Shown here: piece after piece, positions 19,180 to 28,860 of the stretch
How the letters are laid out: the number at the start of each line of letters is the position of its first letter
Numbering within the stretch: position 1 is the first letter of the stretch
Virus record (IMG/VR): IMGVR_UViG_3300028559_000007
DNA: 42,086 nucleotides
DNA from: an uncultured virus (IMG/VR IMGVR_UViG_3300028559_000007)
Taxonomy: Duplodnaviria > Heunggongvirae > Uroviricota > Caudoviricetes
Strand: one strand, 5' to 3'
Notes under the pieces: model-generated
What the model saw: only the letters and a program-made list of their open reading frames with translations
What the model was told of the DNA's origin: nothing
Database searches by the model: none
Made by a program: the position numbers and the translations under genes

Positions 19180-19513
19180 ATGAAAAAAATTATAGAAGAA
19201 ATTGATTTTTTATGGAAAGGTGATAAAAATAGTTTAATTACTATGTGGTTAAGTATTTTACTAGCCATAGGTATCCACATTTGTAAGTTTCTATCTAGAA
19301 CTATCGGAGATTCACAATATAGTGGTCTATATTCAATTGCAATATGCCCTTTACTATTTATCCAAGTCCAAATATGGTCAACTTCTAATTCTGAATTTAT
19401 TTGTAGACCGTATTCAATCGTATCATAATTATCAGATACAACACAATCTTCAACTTTAAATACTGCAACAACAAAATCTTTTTCAGTTGTCCATTCATAA
19501 CAAGAACTGAGTT
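19180..19513 (+). pseudogene. Gene whose 3' ~255 bp appear inverted
   Basis: From ~19252 the + frame looks like antisense shadow while the - frame is open, acidic and lacks an upstream start. Confidence 0.55.
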
Positions 19514-20017
19514 ATGAAAACATTAGTAATACATCCAAAAGATTTCACAACAAAATTTTTATCTGAAATTTATTCAGATAAGGATTGGACTATAATAACC
19601 GAAGATGTTTCTAAAAAGGTTTTAAAAGAACAAATAAAATCACATGACAAAATTGTTATGTTAGGACATGGTACCGAACAAGGACTACTTGGATTCAACA
19701 AATTTATTATTGATTCAAATTTTGTTTATTTATTACGTGATAAATCATGCGTTTGTATTTGGTGTAATGCTAACATTTTTGTAGAAAAATATGGTCTAAA
19801 AGGATTCTATACCGGGATGATTATTTCTGAATATGAAGAAGCTATTATGTGTGGTATATTTACTGACCTCTTCTTATTAGAAGAATCTAATAAAGATTTT
19901 GCAATAGCAATTAAAAATTCAATAGATGAAAAAGATATGTTAGAAAAAGCAAAAGTACTTTATGAAGGAAATACTTCAGTTGTTCAATTTAACCGGAGTA
20001 ACTTATATTTTATTTAA
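19514..20017 (+). CDS. Hypothetical protein, possible caspase-hemoglobinase-fold peptidase
   Basis: IVMLGHG...CVCIWC spacing resembles a His-Gly/Cys dyad; fold call tentative. Confidence 0.5.
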   Translation: MKTLVIHPKDFTTKFLSEIYSDKDWTIITEDVSKKVLKEQIKSHDKIVMLGHGTEQGLLGFNKFIIDSNFVYLLRDKSCVCIWCNANIFVEKYGLKGFYTGMIISEYEEAIMCGIFTDLFLLEESNKDFAIAIKNSIDEKDMLEKAKVLYEGNTSVVQFNRSNLYFI

Positions 20018-20138
20018 CCTTCTTTGGTTCTTCTGGTATTACCTCTTTAACATAATTAAAGAAATCTTCTCTATTAGAAGATCCGAATGGATAATTAGAC
20101 CTATTAGTTAGATGTTCATTTTTCTAATTTTTAGATTG

Positions 20139-23100
20139 TTAATTTTTAAATTTTCTTGATTGTTGGGTTCGAGGTTTATAGGTAAATAGTATTTTTTGAT
20201 TTTCTATTTTTTTTAATCGGTGGTTGGAGATGGCTATTTTATGTGAATATCTGCTTAAATATTCTCTTGTATCTTTTAACTGTTGTTTATTTAATTTAAT
20301 AGATGATAAAAACTTATTTAAGAACTCTTTAAAAGCTTCAACAGATGTTTCTTTATTAAAATCTTTGCTTTTAATAAAGTATCCAATTAACTTTTTGAAA
20401 TTATGTATCTTTAAATCCTTTTCAACTCTTTTATCTAATCTATTAATATAAGTATATTCTGCTCTTGTCTCAAGTAAATTTTTAAATAACTTTTCATAAT
20501 ATGGTTTATCAAATTTATAAACAATAGGAGCTTGTTCTTCCATAGGAAATAATTCATAGTCTGTGAATAAGTTATTTTTTAACCAATTATATGCTCTTAA
20601 TTCTTCTTCTTTAGTTAAAAATATACCAACACATGTTCTACCATTTGAAGTATCTGAATTACATAGATGTCCTAATAGTTTATTCATAGTCTTTCCATTA
20701 AGCTCATAATCTAATTCCTTGAACTCATCTAATTTATCAAGCTTAACTAATGCAAAAAAGAATACCAATATTGATCCATCAACCTCATGCCATGCATCAT
20801 TAATCCACTCTATACCCTTAGCCTCTTGAAATACTTTGTAAATATCACTTAATTCTTTAGCATTTATTTCATACTCATCGCTATCTCTAAGATTTCTATT
20901 TCTTTGTGATCCCATTCCACTGTACCATGGTCTTATTGCCCTATTTTTATTGATATCTTTAATTTTTCTACTATTTATAATTCTATCCTTTTGTGATTGA
21001 TAGGAATCTGGTATAGTATCTAAATACTTAATATCAATAGAATCAGAGTCTTCAATTATTTTGAGAATATATGGATACAAGTTATCTAATTTGAAGTGTG
21101 TAACTATTTCAACTTTAGCTTTACTCCTATCTGAAACACTAACCATATCATCGACTATTTTTAAAATATCAACTTCTGTTTTTAAACCTTTAGATATTAA
21201 GTAATCAAACACATCAGTTACTTCTGGTTCAGAATATCCTTTTAAATTAAATTGTTTACATAATTCAATAGTATCAAACAAATCAAAATTATAGAACTTG
21301 ATAAGATTTAAAGCTCTTACTCTGTTCCCTTTATCATCAGAAGAATATGAAGAATTAGTTCCACCAGCAATTAATTCATAAAATTCTCTTACTTTTCTCC
21401 ATTCACTTTTTCGTTTTTTATCACTATCAATATAACTCAAATCAGTTGGTTTAGTTTTCGGTAAATCATAATTTTCATATGATTGTTGTCCATTAAAAAC
21501 AACATTTATTTTATTTTTACTACACTCATCGATTGTTAAACCTACCTCACTTAAATACATTGGACTAAAACCATCAGGTAATCTATTATTATATTTTAAT
21601 ACTTCTTCTTTAGTGAATTTGGTTTTATCAATAAATGTGACCGATAAATAATCATTAATAATATATTTATTAATAATTTCAATAGCTTGATCTTTTGTTA
21701 GATAATAAAATTCACTTGAATTCCATTTTTTCTTATGTGTAAGTATATAATCAAATGGTATTATTAAATTATATGTTTTGCTCTTATAATCATGGTTAAT
21801 TAAGTTTGGTAATTTGATTTCATCTAACATCAGATTATACTTCATTACGTTATCTACTCCTATTATATTAAGTTCATGTATATCTCCTATTGAAGTTTTA
21901 CCTTTAATAAGTTCATCAATATCAAAATGTTTTAATAAATCCTTTAATTCAAATTTATCAAATCCAATATTTCTAATTTCATCTTGTGTTAAATGTTTTA
22001 ATTCACTTGATTTGAAAGATGTTTTATGTTTCATTATATCTGATTTAGTATAACCCATTTTTAATAAATCTTCAAATAATAATATTTTAAATTGAACTGT
22101 AATACCTTTTGAATCTAAATCTTCTTTTCTAAAATATCGAATAGAATTATAATCTAATGCCTTATCCCCCTTTACAAATGCTGTTAATATTTCATCATCT
22201 GATATACCAAATAACATTCTTAATTCTGGTATACTATAATCATATGATTTTTCTAATTTTGGATAGAGTTTCTTTGCATCAAATCCTCTTTGTGATAAAA
22301 TCTCAATAAGTGAAGAAATTGGTAAGTATGAATCATCTTTTAAATGACCTGTTATATATCCTTTTGGTCCGATTGTAACACCAATTATCGAATAGTTACT
22401 CCATATTGGCATATCTGTTAACCATATCATATATTGACTTGTTCCAGTATTAGGTACATATTGTTTAAAAGTTGAACTATCAGTAATACACCATGATGTA
22501 CCACGTCCTAATGTACTTACAACAGATGAACTTATAGCTCTGATTATAATTAAATCATGTTCTTTATCTAAAATAATAGGTAAAAGTTCACCTTTATGAT
22601 ATCTTTGAAATCTCTTTGTTATATCATTAAAATCTATTTTTTTAGTGTTACCTTCAATGAATGATTTTATTGAATCGATTAAAATCTGTTTATTTTTATA
22701 TCTTGCAACTTTTGCAAAATAAGCAGAGTTGTTTTTAACATTGTATAGAGTTTTTAGAAGTTGAATTATATTAGTATTATTTATATCTAATAGTTTTCTT
22801 TGTGTAGCTGGAAACTCATCATAACACTTCTTAACTTCTAATTTAGTTTTGGTTAGTTCAATATCATCTAATAAGTTTTCGTAAGTATCATATTGTACTA
22901 AGTTTTTAGGTAAAGCTTTAATTAATTGATTATAGTTTTTTATAAGATTAACTATGTTATTTAAATCAGTTAAGGGTATATTATTTTTATACCTCATTTT
23001 AGTGAACCATCCAACATATCCTTCATTACCTTTAAATAGATTTCTTATGGTTTGGTAATCTTTATCTTCTTCGGATATCTTTAATTCTTTTAAAATAGAT

Positions 23101-23150
23101 TTAGCTTGTTGGACACTTTCAAATATTTTATAATCTAATAAAAATTTCAT
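20139..23150 (-). CDS. Large putative capsid-internal protein (CTS-like); C-terminus apparently replaced by a foreign patch
   Basis: Starts MKFLLDYKIFES; AATATATA upstream; GTSWCI motif; same-frame orphan tail at 20010-20123. Confidence 0.8.
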   Translation of the reverse strand: MKFLLDYKIFESVQQAKSILKELKISEEDKDYQTIRNLFKGNEGYVGWFTKMRYKNNIPLTDLNNIVNLIKNYNQLIKALPKNLVQYDTYENLLDDIELTKTKLEVKKCYDEFPATQRKLLDINNTNIIQLLKTLYNVKNNSAYFAKVARYKNKQILIDSIKSFIEGNTKKIDFNDITKRFQRYHKGELLPIILDKEHDLIIIRAISSSVVSTLGRGTSWCITDSSTFKQYVPNTGTSQYMIWLTDMPIWSNYSIIGVTIGPKGYITGHLKDDSYLPISSLIEILSQRGFDAKKLYPKLEKSYDYSIPELRMLFGISDDEILTAFVKGDKALDYNSIRYFRKEDLDSKGITVQFKILLFEDLLKMGYTKSDIMKHKTSFKSSELKHLTQDEIRNIGFDKFELKDLLKHFDIDELIKGKTSIGDIHELNIIGVDNVMKYNLMLDEIKLPNLINHDYKSKTYNLIIPFDYILTHKKKWNSSEFYYLTKDQAIEIINKYIINDYLSVTFIDKTKFTKEEVLKYNNRLPDGFSPMYLSEVGLTIDECSKNKINVVFNGQQSYENYDLPKTKPTDLSYIDSDKKRKSEWRKVREFYELIAGGTNSSYSSDDKGNRVRALNLIKFYNFDLFDTIELCKQFNLKGYSEPEVTDVFDYLISKGLKTEVDILKIVDDMVSVSDRSKAKVEIVTHFKLDNLYPYILKIIEDSDSIDIKYLDTIPDSYQSQKDRIINSRKIKDINKNRAIRPWYSGMGSQRNRNLRDSDEYEINAKELSDIYKVFQEAKGIEWINDAWHEVDGSILVFFFALVKLDKLDEFKELDYELNGKTMNKLLGHLCNSDTSNGRTCVGIFLTKEEELRAYNWLKNNLFTDYELFPMEEQAPIVYKFDKPYYEKLFKNLLETRAEYTYINRLDKRVEKDLKIHNFKKLIGYFIKSKDFNKETSVEAFKEFLNKFLSSIKLNKQQLKDTREYLSRYSHKIAISNHRLKKIENQKILFTYKPRTQQSRKFKN
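20175..20264 (-). mobile_element. Short IS91-family (Y2) transposase-like fragment
   Basis: EYLSRYSHKIAISNHRL...ILFTYK matches, from memory, the YLxRYxHxxAISNxR catalytic motif region of IS91-type transposases. Confidence 0.55.
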
Positions 23151-23231
23151 TTGTTTATATATTATAATATAATGTTTAATTTTTGGTTTATAGAAAAAGT
23201 AATTGTATCTTTGATAATTAAAATGTAAATA

Positions 23232-23468
23232 ATGATCAAGAAAAACAAAAAATATAAATTTCCTGATGGTATTGATAGAACTATTGTAGATATTGAAATA
23301 TCAAGAGGTAATAAAACATTTACTAATTCAGATTATGGTTGTTATTATGTTGACATTCCATTTGAAGATGGTGATGAATATTTTGAAAAGTATTCTGATT
23401 ATTATGAAGAAATATTAAAATTAAATGGTTTCCAACCAACACCACCAACTATTTACCTACAAAAGTAA
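23232..23468 (+). CDS. Hypothetical protein
   Basis: ORF downstream of TATCTTTG box. Confidence 0.7.
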   Translation: MIKKNKKYKFPDGIDRTIVDIEISRGNKTFTNSDYGCYYVDIPFEDGDEYFEKYSDYYEEILKLNGFQPTPPTIYLQK

Positions 23469-23613
23469 ATGAAGAAAATTTCAAATAAAGAATTGAAAAA
23501 GTTGGCAAAAGATTTCTATAAATCTGAGCCAATAATTAATGAAATACCGGATGCGTTAAATAGAGAAATTATTAAAAAAGCTTTATTAAAAATGTTTGAA
23601 TGTGGTTATAGAT

Positions 23614-23826
23614 ATGGAGAATATAATGGAAGATAATATTAAAAAAGCAATTATGATTGCTCATAACAATACTCATTCAACCTCAAGAATATTTAGAAAT
23701 GTTGAACTTATATCTAAGGAGACTGATTCAATTATAATTGAGAAAAGATTAAAAGCTATTGAGGAGGCTACACGGGAATGCAGACAACAAGTTGATGAAC
23801 TTTATAAATTAATAAAAAATAAATAA
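23614..23826 (+). CDS. Hypothetical coiled-coil protein
   Basis: ORF; start uncertain. Confidence 0.6.
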   Translation: MENIMEDNIKKAIMIAHNNTHSTSRIFRNVELISKETDSIIIEKRLKAIEEATRECRQQVDELYKLIKNK

Positions 23827-23975
23827 AAATGATTGATTGTAAAATTAATAAAGAATTAGAAGTTGGGAAACATATCAGTTTCATTTTAGATTTATATTAC
23901 ATATATCAAAAATAAATAATTTCATTATTTCCAATTTTTAAATACAGATAAACAACCAAACTGTGCTGCAAAATA

Positions 23976-24230
23976 TTAACGCTCAAATGTAGGTTCATCT
24001 ATAATTTTATGTAAGGCAAACTTGTTAAAGTAGCTTATAAGCCTATTATGTTCAACAGAATCTTCTAAGTCAATAATATCACCATTCTCAATCTTATTAA
24101 GAACTGCCCTAACAGCTACTACTAACTCATTATTAAACAATTCTTTATACTCGTTGTAATCCTTTATATTTTCCATACCTTCATTAATATCTGACTCGTT
24201 AAATCTTTTAATATGTTTATTATTTTTCAT
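23976..24230 (-). CDS. Putative capsid-internal protein (CTS-like)
   Basis: MKNNKHIKRFNES. Confidence 0.75.
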   Translation of the reverse strand: MKNNKHIKRFNESDINEGMENIKDYNEYKELFNNELVVAVRAVLNKIENGDIIDLEDSVEHNRLISYFNKFALHKIIDEPTFER

Positions 24231-24244
24231 CTTCGTATGTTATT

Positions 24245-24487
24245 TTAATCAATATCTACCTTACCAACATATTCATTATCTATTTTCATAAGATTTGCTG
24301 GAACTTTTTTAAGCATTGATATATATGATTTTAATTCATTGATATATCTTTCATCTTTAGTTGATAAAGCTTTAGTATAAATATCTTGAACTTCTTTTAT
24401 ATGTTTTTTTCTAGATTTTTTTAATTCCATGAATAAATCATGTATATCACTATTTGACTCGTTAAATCTTTTAATACTATTTCTCAT
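24245..24487 (-). CDS. Putative capsid-internal protein (CTS-like)
   Basis: MRNSIKRFNES; AATATATA upstream. Confidence 0.75.
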   Translation of the reverse strand: MRNSIKRFNESNSDIHDLFMELKKSRKKHIKEVQDIYTKALSTKDERYINELKSYISMLKKVPANLMKIDNEYVGKVDID

Positions 24488-24646
24488 TATTCGTATTTTA
24501 TTTTATTTATATATTAAAATTAAATTGTTAATGTTTCGAACATACCTGTTTTACTTCCGTATCCATTAATCCAATCTGCTTTAAAATCTGCTTTAAATTC
24601 TTTTTCACAAAACTTACATAATTCATTTATTTCCATATTTTTATAT

Positions 24647-25135
24647 TTAGTTTATATGCCATTCGTAGTTGCCGGATATTCTACCTTGTATTGTTATTCT
24701 TTTTCCAAGACCACCTAAATTTTCATGGTGAATTAACTTATTTTGGTATGAAAAATTTAAATCAATTCCGGTCTCATCTTGTATTCTTTTTATAGCAACT
24801 ACAAAATCAATAAATTCTGGTGATGATAGGTTAGTATTGTAAGTGGTTCTTTGAGTTTTCCACAAGATCTCACCATTAGAATCTATAGAACCGGTAAATT
24901 CAAATTTCTTATAATCATAAGGATCATAAGAAATATGTTCACTTTTTTTCATAATATATTTGAAGTGAGGGAATGGATGATAAGAACCCTGTACAAGATT
25001 TGTCCCATGATTAGAAGAACCTTTTGACCATTCCCATTCATTATCCTCAAACTCTTGAAAACAATCTTTTATAGAATCGAAAACTTGATTATAGATTTGT
25101 TCCTCCGATTTACTAAATCTTTTAAGATATTTCAT
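24647..25135 (-). CDS. Putative capsid-internal protein (CTS-like)
   Basis: MKYLKRFSKSEE; AATATATA upstream. Confidence 0.7.
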   Translation of the reverse strand: MKYLKRFSKSEEQIYNQVFDSIKDCFQEFEDNEWEWSKGSSNHGTNLVQGSYHPFPHFKYIMKKSEHISYDPYDYKKFEFTGSIDSNGEILWKTQRTTYNTNLSSPEFIDFVVAIKRIQDETGIDLNFSYQNKLIHHENLGGLGKRITIQGRISGNYEWHIN

Positions 25136-25152
25136 ATTCTATATATTTAGAT

Positions 25153-25527
25153 TTATTTACGAACTAATAATATCCAATACATAATAGAATTATGAACACA
25201 CTCAATATTGATATCCCAATCATCACCTAATAAACCTTTTAAACGATTTATATATTCTTCTAAAACATCAATTGAAAAATTAAAATTATTTATGTCAAAA
25301 TTATCATTCATCCTAACAGAATCTTTTAAACCTTCTTTACATATTAGTATAGATGGACAATTTCCAGCTGTCACAAGATTATCAGAAAATGAAGGATACC
25401 AATTATATAATATATCGTAACCTTCATCCTTTAAGTCTAAAAATATATCACTGATATCATCTTGTTGTTCTACATCAATTTGACGATATGTGATTTTAGA
25501 TACCTCTATTTGTTTATACGATCTCAT
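25153..25527 (-). CDS. Hypothetical protein, paralogue of next gene
   Basis: Shares DDIxDIFLDLKDxGYDI...RLKxLLGD...ILLVRK. Confidence 0.75.
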   Translation of the reverse strand: MRSYKQIEVSKITYRQIDVEQQDDISDIFLDLKDEGYDILYNWYPSFSDNLVTAGNCPSILICKEGLKDSVRMNDNFDINNFNFSIDVLEEYINRLKGLLGDDWDINIECVHNSIMYWILLVRK

Positions 25528-25958
25528 TTCCTAACTAATAATATATTATACTGAATAGAATTACCTGATCTAACTAAATGATTAATCTTGATAGGAACAG
25601 TCCTGGTTAATTCATTATCATAATTAACTAACCACTCTATATAAACATCACATTCATCACCTAATAAACTTTTTAAACGAAGTGCGTATTCCTTCACAAT
25701 ATTACTTGAGAACTTAAAATCATTACGATAATTATGGATTCTCTTTAAACCCAATTTACATATTGTTATAGATGGATAATTTGCAGATGATATACCAATG
25801 CCTGCCTTTTCTGGAATCCAATAATATTTTATATCATAACCATCATCTTTTAGATCTAAAAATATATCAGTAATATCGTCACGTAAATCTAAATCAATAT
25901 CACGATCTTTCGAATCCTCTAATCTTTTTAGATATCTCTTAGTTAATAAATTACACAT
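25524..25958 (-). CDS. Hypothetical protein, paralogue of previous gene
   Basis: Tandem duplication; degenerate KRYLKRLEDS motif. Confidence 0.75.
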   Translation of the reverse strand: MCNLLTKRYLKRLEDSKDRDIDLDLRDDITDIFLDLKDDGYDIKYYWIPEKAGIGISSANYPSITICKLGLKRIHNYRNDFKFSSNIVKEYALRLKSLLGDECDVYIEWLVNYDNELTRTVPIKINHLVRSGNSIQYNILLVRK

Positions 25959-26022
25959 CTTTATAATTTAACATAATATTAATTATATAACAAATATAAA
26001 TATACGGAAAATTTTTATATTA

Positions 26023-26514
26023 TTAAGCTGGGCTTAGAATAATTATATCAAACTTTTTATTAATTGCCTTATTAAACTTTTTAAGTTCATCTTCATTATT
26101 TTCTTTTGTTATAATTACATATTCACCATACCCACTAATAAATTTATCATCACCTAAAACGATTATCCATTTAGATACATCACCTGAATGGTTTTCATTA
26201 TATGAATCGTTATAGATTAAACCTTTCTTAGTGAAATTAACTTCACCATCTAATTTATAAGCTCCTTCTAAATCATCTTCTAAATCATCAATATCATAAT
26301 CATCATCAGGATAAAATATACCGATATTAGTTCCGGATTTAACTTTAATTTCTCTTTTAGTAGAAAATTCTTTTAAGGAATCTTCTAAGCTATCTTGAGT
26401 TTCTTCTTTAGTAAGAATACTACCAGATTGTAATATACAATCTTTATAATTAGTAATCTTATATTTTTTATTAGTGGTAATATTATAATTACCGTATTCG
26501 AAATTTGCTATCAT
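26023..26514 (-). CDS. Acidic hypothetical protein
   Basis: ORF. Confidence 0.7.
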   Translation of the reverse strand: MIANFEYGNYNITTNKKYKITNYKDCILQSGSILTKEETQDSLEDSLKEFSTKREIKVKSGTNIGIFYPDDDYDIDDLEDDLEGAYKLDGEVNFTKKGLIYNDSYNENHSGDVSKWIIVLGDDKFISGYGEYVIITKENNEDELKKFNKAINKKFDIIILSPA

Positions 26515-26536
26515 TATTTTTTATATTAGTTTTAAA

Positions 26537-26764
26537 TTATTTTACAACCACCTCATAATCAAATTGGGTATTAGTTGAAACTGTATAGAACTTAAATTGG
26601 TAACCTTTTCTTTTACAACCTTGTCTAATTCTTTCACAAAATACTTCTCCTAAATAATCGGTCTCAGGCACTTCAACTAACATTTCATCAATATGAATAG
26701 TTAAATACGGCGGTTCTTTTATCCTCTCATCATATCTTGAGATAATCATTTTTTTAGTCTTCAT
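26537..26764 (-). CDS. Hypothetical protein
   Basis: Likely start MKTKKM at 26764. Confidence 0.65.
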   Translation of the reverse strand: MKTKKMIISRYDERIKEPPYLTIHIDEMLVEVPETDYLGEVFCERIRQGCKRKGYQFKFYTVSTNTQFDYEVVVK

Positions 26765-26957
26765 TGGTAAAATCTCTGCTATAATCGTTTGTATTAGTTT
26801 CAAATGCTGAATAAACCTGTGATACTTCAGTATCATTCATCATTTTTGATAGTATGTCGTATTCATCCATATCTATTGGGCATTTTACTACGGTCCATTT
26901 AGTATCGCCTTCGATATTTTTATAGGATACTTCCCAATAGGTTATTTCTTCAGTCAT
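26754..26957 (-). CDS. Hypothetical protein
   Basis: ORF in operon. Confidence 0.7.
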   Translation of the reverse strand: MTEEITYWEVSYKNIEGDTKWTVVKCPIDMDEYDILSKMMNDTEVSQVYSAFETNTNDYSRDFTNED

Positions 26958-27230
26958 ATTTTAAAAGTGTATTAATTTTTTCGTCTCTGAGTTCTTCTAG
27001 TGGAGCTGGTTTAAATTTATTTTCAGTACAGATTAATACTTCACCAAGTGAGTTATGACATTCTACTAGTTCGTTTTTCCAATATCCATCTTTGTTAATC
27101 AATTCTCGGTTTCTATACTCCCACTCCACATAGGAACGTGACTCCAGAAGTAGTGAATGGTGATTATACTCGGGTTTTGATCAGTAATTGATTTTATGAT
27201 ATCAATTACTTCTGGATGTGTGTATTTCAT
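26950..27230 (-). pseudogene. Frameshifted C-tagged gene
   Basis: MKYTHPEV... start; second frame ends ELRDEKINTLLKYD*. Confidence 0.55.
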
Positions 27231-27394
27231 AATATTTTATTTAAGTTACTATCTCGTTTACATTCTTTACACATATTATCTTTTGAATCTTCACCTAATT
27301 TTGTAAACATTTTAGATTTACAGATTCTACAAATTCTGAGTATTCTAAAATATTCATCTACAAATTCTTCAAGACTTTTAGTATTGGCAAGCAT
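27227..27394 (-). CDS. Zinc-ribbon microprotein, C-terminal tag (55 aa)
   Basis: Read by eye: CRIC...CKECKRDSNLNKIL*. Confidence 0.7.
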   Translation of the reverse strand: MLANTKSLEEFVDEYFRILRICRICKSKMFTKLGEDSKDNMCKECKRDSNLNKIL

Positions 27395-27581
27395 TAAATA
27401 TCTTATTTATGTTACTATCTCGTTCACATTGTTTACACATATCTTTTGGTAATTCCTCATCAAATAATTTGAGTTTAAAATTTTTATTACATATTTTACA
27501 ATATTTAAGAAACCAAACGACTTTATTTTCATCTATGTAACAATCGTTTATACAAAGATGACTAGGAACTTTTTGCATCAC
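27378..27581 (-). CDS. Zinc-ribbon microprotein, C-terminal tag
   Basis: CKIC...CKQCERDSNINKIF. Confidence 0.7.
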   Translation of the reverse strand: MMQKVPSHLCINDCYIDENKVVWFLKYCKICNKNFKLKLFDEELPKDMCKQCERDSNINKIFNACQY

Positions 27582-27822
27582 AAACTACTGATCCAGGTGA
27601 TTGAAATTTCTTTCTACCAATTTTAGACTCATTATTTATAAAAGGCACAATCATAATAAGAAAATTAATTAAAAATGGGCCTACCCATAATTCAACTATA
27701 TCACCCATTGTTATCATGGTTGCTCCTAAGAAGTTAAGTTTAAATTGTATTGTATAGGGTATAGCAACACTTAATCCTAAGAATACTAGGATGTAAATCC
27801 ATCGAATTAATTTATATTTCAT
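27562..27822 (-). CDS. Two-helix membrane protein
   Basis: Likely start MKYKLIRW; two hydrophobic segments. Confidence 0.65.
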   Translation of the reverse strand: MKYKLIRWIYILVFLGLSVAIPYTIQFKLNFLGATMITMGDIVELWVGPFLINFLIMIVPFINNESKIGRKKFQSPGSVVCDAKSS

Positions 27823-28015
27823 TGGTATAGTTTTTAATTTTAAGATTAGCTTCATTATATATTTCTGCGATACATGTTTTACAAAGATTTTGAAAAACGT
27901 GTATTTTATTCGTCTTACATTTAAGACAGGATTTAATTTTCCATTCTTTATCAAAAAGTGGGCTTACTGTAGACATATTATAAGTTTGTTTGTTTTTTTT
28001 GTTTGTAAACTTCAA
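27812..28015 (-). CDS. Zinc-ribbon microprotein
   Basis: CLKC...CKTC. Confidence 0.6.
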   Translation of the reverse strand: MKFTNKKNKQTYNMSTVSPLFDKEWKIKSCLKCKTNKIHVFQNLCKTCIAEIYNEANLKIKNYTNEI

Positions 28016-28556
28016 AAATTCCTTCTACTGTTATATCAGGATTTTTTCTTAAAATATCTTTATTATCTCTATTAAAGTTTATACAGAATTTACCAAATTC
28101 AATTAAATCAGTTTCACCACTTTGAATTTGATATTCTCCACCATTTACTACTACTCCATACATTAACATTGCTTCTTTTACAGCACGTCTATTAGAATAA
28201 ACATCACCATTAACTAAATTGAGGTGGTTATCTATAATATTATCAGCAGTAAGATCGTATTTAACTTGTAGTTTAGGTAGTGGTGAATTGGGATTGTTAG
28301 TAGCTACTAATTTTCTACATCCTCCACAACTACCAACATTTTTTACAAAAGGTGAGATATATTGGTTATCTCCTAATTTAACCCCGTGATCTTCATTTGA
28401 TATAATTTCTCCTAAACAAATAAAGTAACCATCGGTTCCACCGGGTTTATATGGAATCAATTCATCTATGTAATAATAGTCAAATCCATCTACGGTAGCT
28501 TTGGAACATATTTGTTCTTTATCAGTTGTAAGGTCTTTTAGAAGAAATGTGTTCAT
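27978..28556 (-). CDS. Hypothetical phage protein
   Basis: ORF after TATATTTG box; CRKLVATNN motif. Confidence 0.75.
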   Translation of the reverse strand: MNTFLLKDLTTDKEQICSKATVDGFDYYYIDELIPYKPGGTDGYFICLGEIISNEDHGVKLGDNQYISPFVKNVGSCGGCRKLVATNNPNSPLPKLQVKYDLTADNIIDNHLNLVNGDVYSNRRAVKEAMLMYGVVVNGGEYQIQSGETDLIEFGKFCINFNRDNKDILRKNPDITVEGIFEVYKQKKQTNL

Positions 28557-28601
28557 GATTATCTTATTTAAACCAAATATACAATAATTTTTTGTATAAA
28601 C

Positions 28602-28638
28602 AAAAAAAAGGGATCCTCTGAAGAAGATCCCTTTTTTT
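28602..28638. terminator. Intrinsic (bidirectional-type) terminator closing the ncRNA operon
   Basis: A8-GGGATC...GATCCC-T7. Confidence 0.85.
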
Positions 28639-28677
28639 ACCCAACCTACAGTTGTTCCACAAACACAAACAACAATC

Positions 28678-28770
28678 TTAATTTTCTTTTTCTTTTTTTA
28701 TATGATGCTTTGCAAAAGCGAAGAATGCTCCACCTAAAACTAATATTGATATAATAATAAAGGAATCCAT
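28678..28770 (-). CDS. 30-aa single-helix membrane peptide
   Basis: MDSFIIISILVLGGAFFAFAKHHIKKEKEN*. Confidence 0.5.
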   Translation of the reverse strand: MDSFIIISILVLGGAFFAFAKHHIKKEKEN

Positions 28771-28783
28771 TTAATAAATTTAG

Positions 28784-28855
28784 TAGCGGGGATGGGATTC
28801 GAACCCATGGCCTCAAGGTTATGAGCCTTGCGAGCTTCCTCTGCTCTACCCCGCA
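28784..28855 (-). tRNA. tRNA-Met(CAT), initiator-like 1:72 mismatch
   Basis: TGCGGGG...CAAGG-CTCATAA-CCTTG...ATGGG-TTCGAAT-CCCAT-CCCCGCT-A. Confidence 0.9.
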
Positions 28856-28860
28856 ATATG

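Noticed and set aside
19069..19428. 119-aa ORF as listed in the track
   Set aside because: 5' part overlaps the tRNA-like gene and the 3' part looks like antisense shadow of an inverted segment
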